A stretch of DNA of 64,000 bases, taken from NCBI GenBank assembly GCA_965203175.1, contig OZ241867.1:6048001-6112000 (forward strand), in the 5' to 3' direction. A program made the position numbers and the translations under genes. Origin of the DNA: Candidatus Latescibacterota bacterium. GTDB lineage: Bacteria > Latescibacterota > UBA2968 > UBA8231. The stretch's first letter is position 1. Each line of letters opens with the position of its first letter. The notes beneath the pieces were generated by a model. It was given only the letters and a program-made list of their open reading frames with translations, had not been told where the DNA came from and ran no database searches. This document shows positions 29,636 to 40,839 of this stretch, piece after piece.

Positions 29636-30862
29636 CTAGAGCTGGCTAATCCGCTCCATGGCCTCTTCAATCCGGTCGCGGTGATTGAAGGCCGACAGGC
29701 GCAAGTATCCCTCGCCAGCCGCGCCAAAACCCGCACCTGGCGTGCCGACGATGTGGGCCTGGTCGAGCAAGTAATCAAAGTAAGTCCAACTGTCCTGTCC
29801 GTCGGGCGTGTCCACCCACAAATAGGGAGCGTGCTCGCCCCCGTACACCGTAAGCCCAGCCGCCCCCAACTGCTGGCGCATGATCGCGGCATTTTCCATA
29901 TAGAACGCAACGCGCTCGGCAATGCCTTGCTGGCCAGCCGGCGAGTACGCAGCCGCCGCAGCGCGCTGCACCGGATACGCCACGCCATTGAACTTGGTCG
30001 AGTGCCGCCGCGCCCACAGCCGATGCAGATCCACTTCCTCGCCCGAGGCCGCGCGGCCCTTGAGCTCCTTCGGCACCACGATGTACCCACAGCGCAAACC
30101 GGTAAAGCCGGCGTTCTTGGAAAAACTGCGGAACTCGATCGCCACCTCTCGGGCACCTTCCACCTCGTAGATGGAGCGCGGGATCTCCGGATCGGTGATG
30201 TAGCTCTCGTAGGCCGCGTCAAATAGAACGACCGCCTGTTCGCGACGGGCGTATTCGATCCAGCGGGCCAAGGCGTCGCGGGTCATCACCGCGCCCGTAG
30301 GATTGTTGGGCGAGCACAAGTAGATCAGATCGACGTGACCAGCGGGCAGGTCCGGGATGAAGTCATTGGCTGCCGTGCATGGCATGTAGACCATACCGGC
30401 GTACGAACCATTCTCGTCGACTGGCCCCGTGCGACCGGCCATGACGTTGGAATCGCAGTACACTGGATAGACCGGGTCGGTCAGCGCGACCACGCAATCG
30501 TCGGCGAAAATTTCCTGCACTGCGCCCGAGTCGCACTTGGACCCGTCGGAGACAAAAATCTCGTCGCAGTGCACCTGCACGCCGCGCGCGCCAAAGTCGT
30601 GCTCGACAATGGCCTCGCGCAAAAAATCCTGACCCTGGTCGGGCGGATAGCCCTGCAAGGTATCGTCGTGCGCCATTTCTTCGACGGCTTCTTTCATCGC
30701 ATCGATCATCGGCCGCGGGATGCCCTTGACCACGTCGCCGATCCCCAAGCGGATCACGTCGGCTTGGGGATGAGCCGTGGCAAACGCATCGACCCGGCGA
30801 GCGATTTCTGGAAAGAGGTAACCGGCTTTGAGCTTGAGATAGTGATCGTTGATATGCACCAT
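29636..30862 (-). CDS. dapL: LL-diaminopimelate aminotransferase
   Basis: GYLFPEI, LGIGD, SDGSKCD, DPVYPVY, PNNPTG and [14 protein letters not shown]. Confidence 0.95.
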   Translation of the reverse strand: MVHINDHYLKLKAGYLFPEIARRVDAFATAHPQADVIRLGIGDVVKGIPRPMIDAMKEAVEEMAHDDTLQGYPPDQGQDFLREAIVEHDFGARGVQVHCDEIFVSDGSKCDSGAVQEIFADDCVVALTDPVYPVYCDSNVMAGRTGPVDENGSYAGMVYMPCTAANDFIPDLPAGHVDLIYLCSPNNPTGAVMTRDALARWIEYARREQAVVLFDAAYESYITDPEIPRSIYEVEGAREVAIEFRSFSKNAGFTGLRCGYIVVPKELKGRAASGEEVDLHRLWARRHSTKFNGVAYPVQRAAAAAYSPAGQQGIAERVAFYMENAAIMRQQLGAAGLTVYGGEHAPYLWVDTPDGQDSWTYFDYLLDQAHIVGTPGAGFGAAGEGYLRLSAFNHRDRIEEAMERISQL

Positions 30863-30954
30863 AACATTGCTTTCTTTTTTGGGTAACATCAGTTAGGAGT
30901 TAGCACAAAAATCTAACGATAAGACACGCGATTTCAAGCGGAGGAGACTCGCTC

Positions 30955-31911
30955 GTGGATATAAGCTTTATGACCAGTGCCGGCGGCACCAGCAATTGGA
31001 GCCTCGACGAATGCGCCCGCTGGGCGCGGGAGCACGATTTCGACTGCGTGCGCCTAAACGACTCCGGCGCACTCGACTCGGACCACATCCTATCGGTCGG
31101 GCCGGACTCCGTGCTGGAGACCTTGCGCCAGCACGACCTGTACCTCGCCGCCCTCACCGCGCACTACAATCTGCTCGACGACGACCGCGAGCAGGCCCGC
31201 GCCGCCCAAGCCAAGCTCCTCAAGGCCATTGCGTCGGCCCGTGCCCTCGACTGCCCCGTCATCGTCACCAGCAGCGGCGCGCCCGTGCGCAACGGCCAGT
31301 TCTACGGCATGTTCTCCTCCGAACCCGGCAACCCCAGCGACCGCTCCGACGAATTAGTGGACCGCTTCCAAGCCATGTTCGAACCCGTGGTGCAAGCGGC
31401 TGAAGACAACAATGTCCGGCTCGCACTCGACGTGGCCGTGCGCATGGGCCAGATCGGCTGCAACCCAGAGATGTGGGAAAAAATCCTCGACGCCGTGCCC
31501 TCCGATCACCTTGGCCTGTCCTGCGACCCCTCGCACTGGCTGTGGATGCACATCCTGCCAGTCGAAGACGTCATCCGCGACTTTGCCGGCCATTGGTACT
31601 ACGCCGATGTCAAAGACTGCGAGATTAGCGAGCGGATGCTCTACCGCCAGGGCATCATCGGCAACTGGTGGTGGCAATACCGCGTCCCCGGCCGCGGCCA
31701 GCTCAACTGGAGCACCATCATCGGCGCGCTGTGGGAATCGGGCTACGACTACGTGCTGTGCGTGGAAAACGAGGATCGCGGCTTCCCCGGCCTAGAGGGC
31801 TTTGCCTTTGGCGGCCAACACCTGCGCAGCTTGCTGCCGCCCAAGGAGTCTAACTTTAAGCGGCAAGGGGGACATTGGAAGACGAGCGGGTGGGAGCGCA
31901 AGAGCGAGTAA
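30955..31911 (+). CDS. Sugar phosphate isomerase/epimerase (xylose-isomerase-like TIM barrel)
   Basis: [19 protein letters not shown] and [12 protein letters not shown] pattern. Confidence 0.85.
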   Translation: MDISFMTSAGGTSNWSLDECARWAREHDFDCVRLNDSGALDSDHILSVGPDSVLETLRQHDLYLAALTAHYNLLDDDREQARAAQAKLLKAIASARALDCPVIVTSSGAPVRNGQFYGMFSSEPGNPSDRSDELVDRFQAMFEPVVQAAEDNNVRLALDVAVRMGQIGCNPEMWEKILDAVPSDHLGLSCDPSHWLWMHILPVEDVIRDFAGHWYYADVKDCEISERMLYRQGIIGNWWWQYRVPGRGQLNWSTIIGALWESGYDYVLCVENEDRGFPGLEGFAFGGQHLRSLLPPKESNFKRQGGHWKTSGWERKSE

Positions 31912-31975
31912 CTTGCCGTTAGGACCATTTGCCCTATCCTTTATTTGCTACGCTGCAACCAGCCACAGAGGAGCC

Positions 31976-33649
31976 ATGAACACGGACAAAAACCGCGACT
32001 TCATCCGCGAAGCCATCGACGTCGACCTCGAAAACGGCCGCTACGACCGAGTCATCACCCGCTTTCCACCAGAGCCTAATGCGTACCTGCACATCGGCAG
32101 CGCCAAGGCCATCTCGATCAACTTCGGCATTGCCGCGGACTACGGAGGCCAGTGCAATCTCCGCTACGACGACACCAACCCCACGCGCGAAGAGCAGGAA
32201 TACGTGGACTCCATGCAGGAGGACATCCGCTGGCTCGGCTTCGACTGGGGACCGCAGCCGTACTACGCTTCCGACTATTTCGGCCAACTCTACGAATGGG
32301 CCGTCGCGCTCATCAAAAAGGGCTTGGCGTACGTGGACGACCAGACCGCGGACGAAATCCGGGAAAACCGCGGCACGCTCACCGAGCCGGGCAAAAACAG
32401 CCCGTACCGCGACCGCTCCATCGAGGAAAACCTCGACCTCTTTGAGCAAATGAAAGCCGGCGCATTCCCCGATGGCAGCCGCGTGCTGCGCGCCAAAATC
32501 GACATGGCCGCGCCCAACATCAACCTGCGCGACCCCGTCATGTACCGCATCATGCACACCGCCCACCACCGCACCGGCGATGCGTGGTGCATTTATCCCA
32601 TGTACGACTGGGCTCACGGCCAGAGCGACGCCATCGAGGGCGTTACGCATTCGCTGTGCTCAGACGAATTTACCAATAACCGACCGCTCTACGACTGGTT
32701 CATCGAAAAACTCGGCATCTTCCCCTCGCGCCAAATCGAGTTCGCCCGTGGCAACATCACCTACACCATCCTGTCCAAGCGCTACCTCCGGCCGCTCATC
32801 GAGCAACAACTCGTGTCCGGCTGGGACGATCCCCGGCTCTCCACCTTGCGCGGCCTGCGCCGCTTGGGCTGCCCGCCCGAAGCCATCCGCCGCTTCTGGG
32901 CCGAAGCCGGCATTGCCAAACGCGGCAATAACATCGACATCGCCCTCCTCGAATACTGCATCCGCGACCAGCTCAACCAGACCGCGCCCCGGCGCATGGC
33001 CGTGCTCAACCCGCTCAAGGTAGTAATTGAGAACTACCCAGAAGACCAAAGCGAGATGCTAACGGCCATCAACAACCCGGAAGACGACAGCGCCGGCACC
33101 CGCTCCATCCCCTTTTCGCGGCACCTCTACATCGAGCGCGAGGACTTTATGGAAGACCCGCCGCGCAAGTTCTTTCGCCTCGCCCCAGGCCGCGAAGTCC
33201 GCCTGCGCTACGCCTATTTCATCACCTGCACCGAAGTCGTCAAAGACGACAGCGGTGAGATCGTCGAACTGCGCTGCACGTACGACCCGGCCACGCGCGG
33301 CGGCAACGCACCCGATGGCCGCAAGGTCAAGGCCACCCTGCACTGGGTCTCAGTCCCCCACGCAGTCCCTGCCGAGGTGCGGCTCTACGACCGGCTCTTC
33401 AAAGTCGAAAAACCACTCGAAGCCCCGCCCGGAGGCACCTGGCTAGACAACCTCAATCCAGACTCGCTCAAAGTCCTCAACCCTTGCTATCTAGAGCCAT
33501 CCCTCGCCGACATGGCCCCGGGGGACTCCTGCCAGTTTGAGCGGCTCGGCTACTTCTGCGCCGACCGCAAGGACCACACACCGGACGCGCCCGTCTTCAA
33601 CCGCACCGTCACCTTGCGCGACACTTGGGCGCGGATGCAGAAGGGCTAG
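31976..33649 (+). CDS. glnS: Glutamine--tRNA ligase
   Basis: RFPPEPN..HIG, DDTNP, LSKR, WDDPR, FFRLAPG and [11 protein letters not shown] after GAGGAG. Confidence 0.96.
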   Translation: MNTDKNRDFIREAIDVDLENGRYDRVITRFPPEPNAYLHIGSAKAISINFGIAADYGGQCNLRYDDTNPTREEQEYVDSMQEDIRWLGFDWGPQPYYASDYFGQLYEWAVALIKKGLAYVDDQTADEIRENRGTLTEPGKNSPYRDRSIEENLDLFEQMKAGAFPDGSRVLRAKIDMAAPNINLRDPVMYRIMHTAHHRTGDAWCIYPMYDWAHGQSDAIEGVTHSLCSDEFTNNRPLYDWFIEKLGIFPSRQIEFARGNITYTILSKRYLRPLIEQQLVSGWDDPRLSTLRGLRRLGCPPEAIRRFWAEAGIAKRGNNIDIALLEYCIRDQLNQTAPRRMAVLNPLKVVIENYPEDQSEMLTAINNPEDDSAGTRSIPFSRHLYIEREDFMEDPPRKFFRLAPGREVRLRYAYFITCTEVVKDDSGEIVELRCTYDPATRGGNAPDGRKVKATLHWVSVPHAVPAEVRLYDRLFKVEKPLEAPPGGTWLDNLNPDSLKVLNPCYLEPSLADMAPGDSCQFERLGYFCADRKDHTPDAPVFNRTVTLRDTWARMQKG

Positions 33650-33667
33650 CTACACCCACCGCCGCGC

Positions 33668-34444
33668 ATGCGGATTCCGCGCCTCCTATCGGCCCTGCTA
33701 CTCTCGGCACCTGTTGCCGCCGAAGAGGTAGTCGTGCCGGCTGGTCCCTTCACCATGGGTATCGACCACCCGCGAGCCACCGACGAAAAGCCCAGCCGCC
33801 AAGTCTATCTGAGCGCCTTTTCCATCGACCGCTACGAAGTCACCAACGCCCACTTTTCCGCCTTTGTCGCAGCCACCGGCTACCAGACGGAGGCGGAAAA
33901 ACGCGGAGCTGAAAAAGCCGACAGCATTAGCTGGCGTCAGCCCCACGGCCCCGGCTCAGCGGCCGCTCCCGACCATCCGGTCGTCTATGTTAGCTGGCAA
34001 GATGCCCACGCGTATTGCGCTTGGCGCGGCGGACGGCTTCCCACCGAAGCCGAGTGGGAAAAAAGCGCGCGCGGCAGCGACGGTCAGCTCTGGCCCTGGG
34101 GCACGGCTTTTGTGGTAGGACGCGCCAATCTCTGGGGCGCAGAAGACGGGTACGAACAACTGGCACCCGTCGGCTCTTTTCCCTCGGGAGCCAGCCCATA
34201 CGGCGCACTCGACATGGCCGGTAATGTCTGGGAGTGGTGCGCCGACTGGTACGACGCTAACTACTATGCCACCGGCCCGACCAAAGATCCGCAAGGGCCA
34301 GAGACCGGCCGCTTCAAGGTCCTACGCGGCGGCTCGTGGATCAACCCAGGACCCGTGCTGCGCAGCATCAACCGCTTTGAGGTCCTGCCCGTAGAGCGCA
34401 GCCCCTATATCGGCTTCCGCTGCGCCCGTTCCCATGCGCCCTAG
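33668..34444 (+). CDS. FGE-sulfatase (SUMF1-like) domain protein with signal peptide
   Basis: F.IDRYEVTN, PVVYVSW, RLPTEAEWE, DMAGNVWEW, RGGSW and GFRC. Confidence 0.9.
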   Translation: MRIPRLLSALLLSAPVAAEEVVVPAGPFTMGIDHPRATDEKPSRQVYLSAFSIDRYEVTNAHFSAFVAATGYQTEAEKRGAEKADSISWRQPHGPGSAAAPDHPVVYVSWQDAHAYCAWRGGRLPTEAEWEKSARGSDGQLWPWGTAFVVGRANLWGAEDGYEQLAPVGSFPSGASPYGALDMAGNVWEWCADWYDANYYATGPTKDPQGPETGRFKVLRGGSWINPGPVLRSINRFEVLPVERSPYIGFRCARSHAP

Positions 34445-36074
34445 TACTTGCGCCTACTACGCCCTGCTGGCCTTAGCCGCCTGCGTCCCCACACCAGACC
34501 TCACCCCGATGCGCTTCACCGACGTTACCACAGCGTGCGGCTTGGATTTCCGCATGTATTCGGGCGGTCGGGTCAAAAACTACATCATTGAGGCCAAGGG
34601 CGGAGGTGGAGCCTTTCTCGACTACGACGACGATGGCTGGCTCGACATCTACTTGGTCAACGGCTCGCGACTGGAAGGCTATCCCGACTCGGCCACGGCC
34701 CCGACCAACGCCCTCTACCGCAACATGGGCGACGGCACCTTTGAGAATTACACCCGCACAGCCGGGGTCGGCGATGCAGGCTGGGGCATGGGCTGCGCGG
34801 CGGCCGACTACGACCAAGACGGCGACCTAGACCTCTATGTGACTAATTACGGCCCCAACGTCCTCTACCGGAACGAGGGCAATGGCCAATTCCGCGACGT
34901 CGGCCAAGCCGCTGGCGTCGATCTATCAGGCTGGAGCACGGGTGCTACCTTCGGAGACTACGACGGCGACGGAGACCCAGACCTCTATGTAGCCCAGTAC
35001 CTACACTTTGCGCCCGAGCGCGTTCCTCCCCGGGGCGGCATGTGGAAGGGAGTCCTAGTCTTCGCTGGACCACTCGGCCTCCCCGGGGCACAGGATGTCC
35101 TGTATCGCAATGAGGGCAACGGCCAATTCCACGACGTCACCCGCCAAGCCAAGGCTGGCCAATTTGAGCCTACCTACGGCCTGAGCGCCCTTTTTTGCGA
35201 CTACGACCAAGACGGCGACCCAGACCTCTATGTGGCCAATGATTCGGCACCTAATTTTCTCTACCGGAATGAGGGCAACGGCCAATTCCGCGACGTCGGT
35301 ATGGAGGCCGGAGCCGCTCTCAGCGCCGAAGGGGGCGCACAGGCAGGTATGGGCATCGCTTATGGAGACTACGATGGCGATGGCGATGGCGACTTGTTGG
35401 TCACCCACTTTGAAGACGACTACAACACCCTCTACGGCAACCAAGGCGATGGCCGCTTCTCAGTGGTTAGTGCTGCAGCCGGCCTCGCCGAGCCGAGCCT
35501 GCCACACTTATCCTTTGGCACGTTCTTTTTCGACTACGACAACGACCAAGACCAAGACCTGTTTGTGGCCAACGGACACGTCTATCCGCAAATCCGGCAC
35601 CTAGCACCCAATGGCTACGCCGAACCCAACCAGCTTTTTGCCAATCAGGGCTCAGCCGGGGCCTATCGCTTCGCAGAAGTCGCAGCCGGAGACGTGAGCC
35701 GCCCCGCCGTCAGTCGCGGTGCCGCCAAGGGGGACTACGACAACGATGGGGATGTAGATCTTTTGGTCTTCAACCTCGACGAGCCGCCGCAACTTTTGCG
35801 CAACGACGGCGGCAACCAGCGCAACTGGCTGAGCCTGCGCGTGGTCGGCGGCTTAGGGGCGAAAGTCGCCATCGCCAGCGGCGGAGTCGAGCAGACCACG
35901 GAGATAGTCAGTGGCGGCAGCTTCCTTGCGCACAGCGACGGGCGCATCCACTTCGGTTTGGGGTTCAATCAGACCGCCGATTGGATTGAGATTCGCTGGC
36001 CCTCGGGCCGCGTCCAGCGCCTTGAAGACGTGGCCGCCAACCAGTTCTTAACAGTAGAAGAGCCGGGGCCTTAA
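34434..36074 (+). CDS. FG-GAP repeat / ASPIC-UnbV (CRTAC1-like) lipoprotein
   Basis: Lipobox LAAC, repeated DYDxDGDxDL motifs and C-terminal HFGLG...IRWPSG. Confidence 0.9.
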   Translation: MRPSTCAYYALLALAACVPTPDLTPMRFTDVTTACGLDFRMYSGGRVKNYIIEAKGGGGAFLDYDDDGWLDIYLVNGSRLEGYPDSATAPTNALYRNMGDGTFENYTRTAGVGDAGWGMGCAAADYDQDGDLDLYVTNYGPNVLYRNEGNGQFRDVGQAAGVDLSGWSTGATFGDYDGDGDPDLYVAQYLHFAPERVPPRGGMWKGVLVFAGPLGLPGAQDVLYRNEGNGQFHDVTRQAKAGQFEPTYGLSALFCDYDQDGDPDLYVANDSAPNFLYRNEGNGQFRDVGMEAGAALSAEGGAQAGMGIAYGDYDGDGDGDLLVTHFEDDYNTLYGNQGDGRFSVVSAAAGLAEPSLPHLSFGTFFFDYDNDQDQDLFVANGHVYPQIRHLAPNGYAEPNQLFANQGSAGAYRFAEVAAGDVSRPAVSRGAAKGDYDNDGDVDLLVFNLDEPPQLLRNDGGNQRNWLSLRVVGGLGAKVAIASGGVEQTTEIVSGGSFLAHSDGRIHFGLGFNQTADWIEIRWPSGRVQRLEDVAANQFLTVEEPGP

Positions 36075-36080
36075 TTCCAC

Positions 36081-37826
36081 CTATTGCTTGCGTAGCCGTT
36101 CTCGCACCTGCGCTAGATAGTGCCGAGCCTGCGCGTGGTCGGGATCAGCCACAAGCGCCCGGGCAAAGGCCCGCTCCGCCTCGTTTAGCTTTCCTTGGCG
36201 AATGCGGATCACGCCTACGCCATGCCACGCGTCGGCATTTTCCGGGTCCAAGATCAGCATCTGCTTGAATGCCTTCAGCGCCTCAGACCACGAACCCCGC
36301 TGCAGGTGGACCCCACCCAAATTGTACCAGGCCTTCAAATAGGCCGGTTCAAGGACGACGGCCTGTTTATATGAATGGAGTGCCTCGTCCCAAGCACCCT
36401 GCTTGACCTGCAAAAGTCCCAGATTGTACCAAGCCATCGCGTAGTTGGGATAAATCGCCAAGGCAGACCGGTTGTACATTTGGGCGCTGTCGAGTCGTCC
36501 GGCCTCCGCATGCATTCGTCCCATCCCCAGATGCGCCCGGGCACTGCGGGGGGCCGACTTGAACTGCGTGCGGTAGAAGGTCTCGGCGTCGGCCCACGTT
36601 GCGTTGCGTGCCGCCGTCAGAACCGCATAGCTGCCAAGCAACCCCAAGCCCACCGTCCAAAGCCCCCAACCCCAGCGCTGCGCTAGTTGCCAGAGGCCCC
36701 AACCTAACAGCAGGCAAAACGCGGCTGACGGTGCGTAAATTAGCCGTTCTCCCATGATGGTCGGCACTAGGACCAGAAAATTGCTCGTCGGTGCGGCTAG
36801 GATCGCATAGCTCCCTGCGACAAAGGCGACCATTGGCGACCGCTGCCAACAGTACCAAGCCGCGCCAGCTACGATAAGCACTGCGGCGCAAAAGCCAATC
36901 ACTCCCCAGTCCAGTGGATCGCCTACCAACTGGATCTGGGCATGGGAGTAGTCCGAGGAAAGCCCCAGTGGCCAGATCAGCAGCCGCAGGTAGGCAAATT
37001 GCACGGTTGCGGCCGTCAACACCCGCTCCAGCGACGCGGCGTTCACCAAGGGATTGTCGAGCGCGGAGATGTCGCTGTCGGCTGTCCCTAGAACCACTTG
37101 GCGCAGAAGCAGCCAGCCTACCAATACTAAGCCGTATCCGCCGTAGGCCCGCCAGCGCGCCTTAAGCGGCTGCGCAGTGCAGATGTCCAGCCACAGAGCG
37201 ACGAAGAGATAGACGGCGGCGGACTCCTTGCTCAATAGCGCAAACCAGTACAGCACGCTAGCCCCTTTCCACTGCCCGCGATGGTGCAAGGCCAGAAAGG
37301 ACGCGCCCAAGAGCATAGCTAGAGGCTCGGCTCGGCCAGTAATAAACGCCACGGCCTCAGTGTGGACTGGATGCGCGGCAAAAAGCAGAGCGGCGGCCAT
37401 ACAAGCGCAGACGGCCAAACCCAGCCGCAGCCCCAAAAGAAAGAACGCACAGCTAGCCCCCGCGTGTAGTGCGGCATTGACCAGATGGAATCCCACGCCA
37501 TGTGCACCGGGCAACCCCAAGAACTCGTTGGTCCAATAATTAAACGCCAGCGTCCAAACCGTCAGCGGCCGGTAGTGGTGTGAGTGCAGGATCTCGCCCC
37601 AATAACGACCAGCGAGAATTCGGTCCACCCGCCACGGATCGTGCATCAGTTCGTTGGTGGGGATCAATTTGCGGTCGTCGTACACCAACTCGTTGCCCAG
37701 CGCATTGACGTACACGCCGCACGCGACCAAGGCCACTAGCGCCAGTGCTACCCACTGGCCGCGCTCGGCGACCTTGGCGCATGCAGATGAAGAAGTTTTC
37801 CCCAGCTTACTGCGCACTCGACTCAT
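36081..37826 (-). CDS. TMTC-like GT-C glycosyltransferase with C-terminal TPRs
   Basis: VYDD, YRPL, HPVHTEAV..I.GR, SKE and P..LSSDY motifs, multiple TMs and TPR repeats. Confidence 0.85.
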   Translation of the reverse strand: MSRVRSKLGKTSSSACAKVAERGQWVALALVALVACGVYVNALGNELVYDDRKLIPTNELMHDPWRVDRILAGRYWGEILHSHHYRPLTVWTLAFNYWTNEFLGLPGAHGVGFHLVNAALHAGASCAFFLLGLRLGLAVCACMAAALLFAAHPVHTEAVAFITGRAEPLAMLLGASFLALHHRGQWKGASVLYWFALLSKESAAVYLFVALWLDICTAQPLKARWRAYGGYGLVLVGWLLLRQVVLGTADSDISALDNPLVNAASLERVLTAATVQFAYLRLLIWPLGLSSDYSHAQIQLVGDPLDWGVIGFCAAVLIVAGAAWYCWQRSPMVAFVAGSYAILAAPTSNFLVLVPTIMGERLIYAPSAAFCLLLGWGLWQLAQRWGWGLWTVGLGLLGSYAVLTAARNATWADAETFYRTQFKSAPRSARAHLGMGRMHAEAGRLDSAQMYNRSALAIYPNYAMAWYNLGLLQVKQGAWDEALHSYKQAVVLEPAYLKAWYNLGGVHLQRGSWSEALKAFKQMLILDPENADAWHGVGVIRIRQGKLNEAERAFARALVADPDHAQARHYLAQVRERLRKQ

Positions 37827-40800
37827 AGGCGGATAACTGTTTTAGGAGTGCCTCTCGCAATTGGACTGGCGTCAGCGCGATGGCCTGCTGCTGGAAGGCA
37901 ACGGCCGCAGACCATTTTCCCTGCTCGGCTTGGGCCAGGGCCAGCGCCACCAGCGTCCTCACCAGCGTCTTGCGGGCCAGCGGCAGATCCACCTGCTGGG
38001 CTTGAGCCTGCTCCAGCACCTTGCGCGCCTCATCAACGCGCCCGGCTCGCGACAATGCGATGACGAGGTTATTGAGCGCCCTAGCGTCGTCGGGGGCCAA
38101 GTCAACCGCACGGCGAAAGTGATCCAGCGCTTCGACTAGACGACCCTGCTCTTCGAGCAAGACCCCTGTATTGATATGCGCCTTGGGAAAATCCGGTCGC
38201 AAGGCCAGCGCCCGGCGCAGCGCGCGCAGGGCCTCTGCAGCCTCGCCCCGAGCGTAGTGGGCCATCCCCAAGCCGTAGTGGGCTTCGGCTAACTCCTCAT
38301 TCTGCACCAACGCCTGAGTGTAGTGGACTATCGCCGCCTCGGTCTCGTTTTGGCGTAGCAACACATTGGCCAGATTGGTCTGCGTCTCGGCGTCGGGAGC
38401 CAGTGCTAGCGATTGCTCTAACGCCTGCTGTGCTTCTGTTAGTCGCCCGGCCCGCGACAACTCCAGCCCCAACTTCGAGTGGGCATCTGGGTGCTTGGGA
38501 TGGATGCGGACGGCTTGGCGATAGCGATCGATCTCCTGCTTGAGAGGTTGCAGCGCCTCGAAGCGGCGCAGAGCTTGGTCTGCGGCCTGCCCTTGGCCCA
38601 GCCGCTGGTAGGTCCGCGCCAAGTGCAAATAGGGCATCGGCTCCTCGGGAGCCAACTCCCGCGCTTGCACAAAGGCAACAATGGCCGCCTCGCCATCCCC
38701 GAGATGGTTGTGGGCTAGGCCGAGTCGATAGTGAGTTTCCCAATCCTCGGGTGCCAGCGTCGCAGCCCGCGCTAGTGTCGCTGCGGCTTGGGCGGGTTGG
38801 TTGAGATGCAGGTAAATGACCCCCAGCAACTGGGCCACCTCGACGACCGAAGTATCCTGTGCCACAGCCTGCTCTAGCACCTCGGCTGCTTCCTCGTAGC
38901 GCCCCAAGCCAGAGTAGAGTGCCACGCCAGCCGCGTAGTGCAGACGGACCGCGCCTGGATAGCGCCTGAGCGCTGGCCGCAACAGGGCTACCGCCTCTTG
39001 GTAGCGACCTTGGCCGTATAGCGCAGTGGCCTGCTCGTAGTACTCTTCCGCTGTCCAATCTGGATTGAGCGCGACCTCCTCGATGGAGTCTGTGCGCTCG
39101 GTAGGCGGCGCGGGTACCAGCACCGACGGCGGCACCTGCTCGCTGTAGCGAGCTATTTCCGCCCCCTCGCCCTCGCGCAACACCAAATAGCGCCGGAGAG
39201 GAGGTTGTTCGACCACTTGCACCCGCCCCGACGGCCAGCGGATCTCGATTTTTTCCACTTGCGCAAGTCCGCCCAGTCCAAAGAGCACCCGACCGTCGTT
39301 GGCGGACAAATAGCCATAGCCGCGCTTGGCTTGGCGCACGCGCACTTGCCCGTCTGCCCAAAGCCGTACGCTAGCTCCTTCAGCGGGCCGCCCCATCGCG
39401 CCGATCAGTTCCAATCCCAACCAGTAGTTGCGGTTGCCTCCGTCGTTGCGCAGCAGGCTCAGGCGGTCGTTGAGGTTGTTGACGAGCAAGTCTAAGTCGC
39501 CGTCGTTGTCGTAGTCGCCAAAGGCCGTGCCTCGGCTCACCTGTTCGGCCTCTAGGCCTGCCGGATCGGCCAGCGCGAAAACGCCGTCTCGGTTCCAGTA
39601 CAGTAGATTGCGCTGACGATAGTTAAGCCCCAATGGATGGGTTTCTAGCTGGGGGTAGAGATGGCCGTTGGCGACGAAGAGGTCGAGCCAACCGTCCAAA
39701 TCAAAATCGGCTAGGGCTGTGCTCCATCCCAAAAAGGGCCGCACCGCACCACCCAAGCCCGCTGCGTAGGTAGCATCGGCAAAGGAACCATTCCCGAGGT
39801 TTTGGTACAGGGTATTGACATCGTCGGAAAAGTTGGTGACTACAACGTCTAAGTCGCCATCGTTATCGTAGTCGCCGCTATCGATCCCCATGCCAGCTTG
39901 GGCGCGTCCCTCTTCGCTGTAGGCCACCCCGGCAAAGGCACCAACCTCGCGCAGTCGCCAAGCGCCGTCGTTGCGATAGAGCAGGTTGGGGGTCGAGTCA
40001 TTGGCGATATAGATATCTTGGTCCCCATCGCCATCGTAGTCGGTAAAAAGCACCCCGAGACCGAGGTAGGTTCGTTGGTCAATTCCAGTCGCCGCGCTTA
40101 CATCGGCAAAAGTGCCGTTTCCCTCGTTGCGATAGAGCACGTCGGCTTGGCCGTCCAAGCCGTGTGGGCCACAGAACACGGACAAACCCTTCCAGCCGCT
40201 GCATGGCTCGCCATCGCCGGGCGGATTGTTTAGGTCAAAGTCCACGTAGTTGGCCACATAGAGATCGAGCCAGCCGTCCAAATCCACATCGCCAAACGCC
40301 GCGCTAGCGCCCCAGCGCCGGTCGTCTGTGCCCGCCTCTACGGAAGTGAAGGTGCCGTTCCCCTCGTTGCGATAAAACGCGTTCGGCCCCCAGTAGGTGA
40401 CGTAGAGGTCGAGATCGCCGTCGTTGTCGTAATCGGCCACTGCACAGCCCATGCCCCAGCCCGTTTGCCCCAACCCGGCCGCTTGCGTCACCTCGGCAAA
40501 TGACCGTCCACCGTCAGGGGCCGGGACGTTGCGCCAGAGGCGATTGCCCGTCTCCGGCGCGTCCTCCACGCGTGTGCCATTGACGGCGAACGCATCCTGC
40601 CAGCCATCCGCGTCGAAGTCGAAAAAGGCCACCCCCGAGCCCATGGCCTCCAAAATGTAGCGCTGCTGCGGGCCACCTGACACGTGGACGAAGTCCAGCC
40701 CCGCCGCTTGGGTCGCATCCGCAAAGCGCACGGCATGCGCCGGCCTTTCTGTACCCTGCTCCGCTACCGGCTCGGGCGCGCATCCCCACAAGCTCAGCAG

Positions 40801-40839
40801 CGCGGCCAGCACAATGCCCTTTCTCGCCTTAGACCCCAC
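37807..40839 (-). CDS. FG-GAP/ASPIC-UnbV lipoprotein with C-terminal TPR array
   Basis: Lipobox LWGC, DYDNDGDLD repeats, FGLG...IRWPSG, then roughly ten TPR-like repeats. Confidence 0.88.
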   Translation of the reverse strand: MGSKARKGIVLAALLSLWGCAPEPVAEQGTERPAHAVRFADATQAAGLDFVHVSGGPQQRYILEAMGSGVAFFDFDADGWQDAFAVNGTRVEDAPETGNRLWRNVPAPDGGRSFAEVTQAAGLGQTGWGMGCAVADYDNDGDLDLYVTYWGPNAFYRNEGNGTFTSVEAGTDDRRWGASAAFGDVDLDGWLDLYVANYVDFDLNNPPGDGEPCSGWKGLSVFCGPHGLDGQADVLYRNEGNGTFADVSAATGIDQRTYLGLGVLFTDYDGDGDQDIYIANDSTPNLLYRNDGAWRLREVGAFAGVAYSEEGRAQAGMGIDSGDYDNDGDLDVVVTNFSDDVNTLYQNLGNGSFADATYAAGLGGAVRPFLGWSTALADFDLDGWLDLFVANGHLYPQLETHPLGLNYRQRNLLYWNRDGVFALADPAGLEAEQVSRGTAFGDYDNDGDLDLLVNNLNDRLSLLRNDGGNRNYWLGLELIGAMGRPAEGASVRLWADGQVRVRQAKRGYGYLSANDGRVLFGLGGLAQVEKIEIRWPSGRVQVVEQPPLRRYLVLREGEGAEIARYSEQVPPSVLVPAPPTERTDSIEEVALNPDWTAEEYYEQATALYGQGRYQEAVALLRPALRRYPGAVRLHYAAGVALYSGLGRYEEAAEVLEQAVAQDTSVVEVAQLLGVIYLHLNQPAQAAATLARAATLAPEDWETHYRLGLAHNHLGDGEAAIVAFVQARELAPEEPMPYLHLARTYQRLGQGQAADQALRRFEALQPLKQEIDRYRQAVRIHPKHPDAHSKLGLELSRAGRLTEAQQALEQSLALAPDAETQTNLANVLLRQNETEAAIVHYTQALVQNEELAEAHYGLGMAHYARGEAAEALRALRRALALRPDFPKAHINTGVLLEEQGRLVEALDHFRRAVDLAPDDARALNNLVIALSRAGRVDEARKVLEQAQAQQVDLPLARKTLVRTLVALALAQAEQGKWSAAVAFQQQAIALTPVQLREALLKQLSAYESSAQ

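Noticed and set aside
33668-34444. FGE-domain gene as the sulfatase-activating enzyme or as a DGR target
   Set aside because: It lacks the catalytic Cys pair, and no reverse transcriptase or template repeat was seen in the window.
34600-35780. Recurring GACTACGAC...GACGGCGAC and AACGAGGGCAACGGCCAATTCC DNA repeats
   Set aside because: These are coding FG-GAP repeats with variable sequence, not a repeat-spacer array.
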